A stretch of 62,655 bases of DNA from a virus (lineage: Duplodnaviria; Caudoviricetes): the IMG/VR virus record IMGVR_UViG_3300034006_000003, positions 1-62,655 of that record; one strand, given 5' to 3'. The notes under the pieces are model-generated. The model saw only the letters and a program-made list of their open reading frames with translations. It was not told where the DNA came from and made no database searches. A program made the translations under genes and the position numbers. Positions within the stretch are counted from its first letter, which is position 1. Each line of letters starts with the position of its first letter. Of this stretch, positions 62,404-62,655 are shown piece after piece.

Positions 62404-62655
62404 TCAGATGTCGCCGCGCCGTCTTGCGCTCTGTTCCATGTCCAGAGTTTCCGCCTTTTCGATTGCGCCGCGCAAAGCGGCTTCAAAGGTCAAGCCGGAC
62501 GTCTGGTCGACACAGTGTCCGTCGTAATGCTGGTCGTCATCATAGACACCGACCAGCCAATCGGAGTCGGTCGGATAGTCCGCGCCGCCGCCATCAGTAA
62601 CCAGAATGTAGACTTCGGGCCCGAAGCTTTTCGCCATGGCAACGCATCCGCCGCC
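62404..62655 (-). CDS. 3' part of the junction-spanning hypothetical protein
   Basis: Frame open to the window end (GGGCVAMAKSFG...), in frame with 480..1. Confidence 0.75.
   Translation of the reverse strand, partial: GGGCVAMAKSFGPEVYILVTDGGGADYPTDSDWLVGVYDDDQHYDGHCVDQTSGLTFEAALRGAIEKAETLDMEQSARRRGDI

Larger units (their letters stand above)
1..62655. mobile_element. Tailed dsDNA bacteriophage genome (lambda-like head, siphovirus tail), apparently complete and circularly permuted
   Basis: Terminase, portal, S49 protease, capsid, tail tube, tape measure, lysis and replication genes present; no host housekeeping block; ORF continuous across the ends. Confidence 0.95.

Overview
The window appears to be one complete or nearly complete, circularly permuted genome of a GC-rich tailed dsDNA phage (siphovirus-type, lambda-like head genes). 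Its host is probably an alphaproteobacterium, inferred from GcrA-, GapR-, LexA- and Flp-like genes. An ORF reads in frame across the 1/62655 junction. Layout: putative cos site (~1175-1220); a rightward papain-protease plus fibre-protein module (1.3-5.8 kb); a leftward block with Dam-like and C5 methyltransferases, a LexA-like HTH, ASCH, J-like and RecT genes (5.9-18.1 kb); a rightward Cro, RuvC-like, MT-A70, DnaB and initiator/ori block (18.2-23.9 kb); terminase, head, tail and lysis genes (23.9-51.5 kb); and a leftward early block with DNA ligase, an extended beta sliding clamp and many hypotheticals (51.6-62.6 kb, continuing through 1-1002). I found no integrase, CI repressor, DNA polymerase, CRISPR array or canonical tRNA. 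Most notable observations: a leaderless Flp/Tad pilin mimic as the first early gene; a phage beta-clamp with several proteins ending in clamp-binding-like motifs; a C5 MTase with a nested alternative-frame ORF; a tRNA-like structured element in the tail operon; and a duplicated hairpin element next to an Arg-rich micro-peptide. All family calls come from motif recognition by eye, with no database searches.
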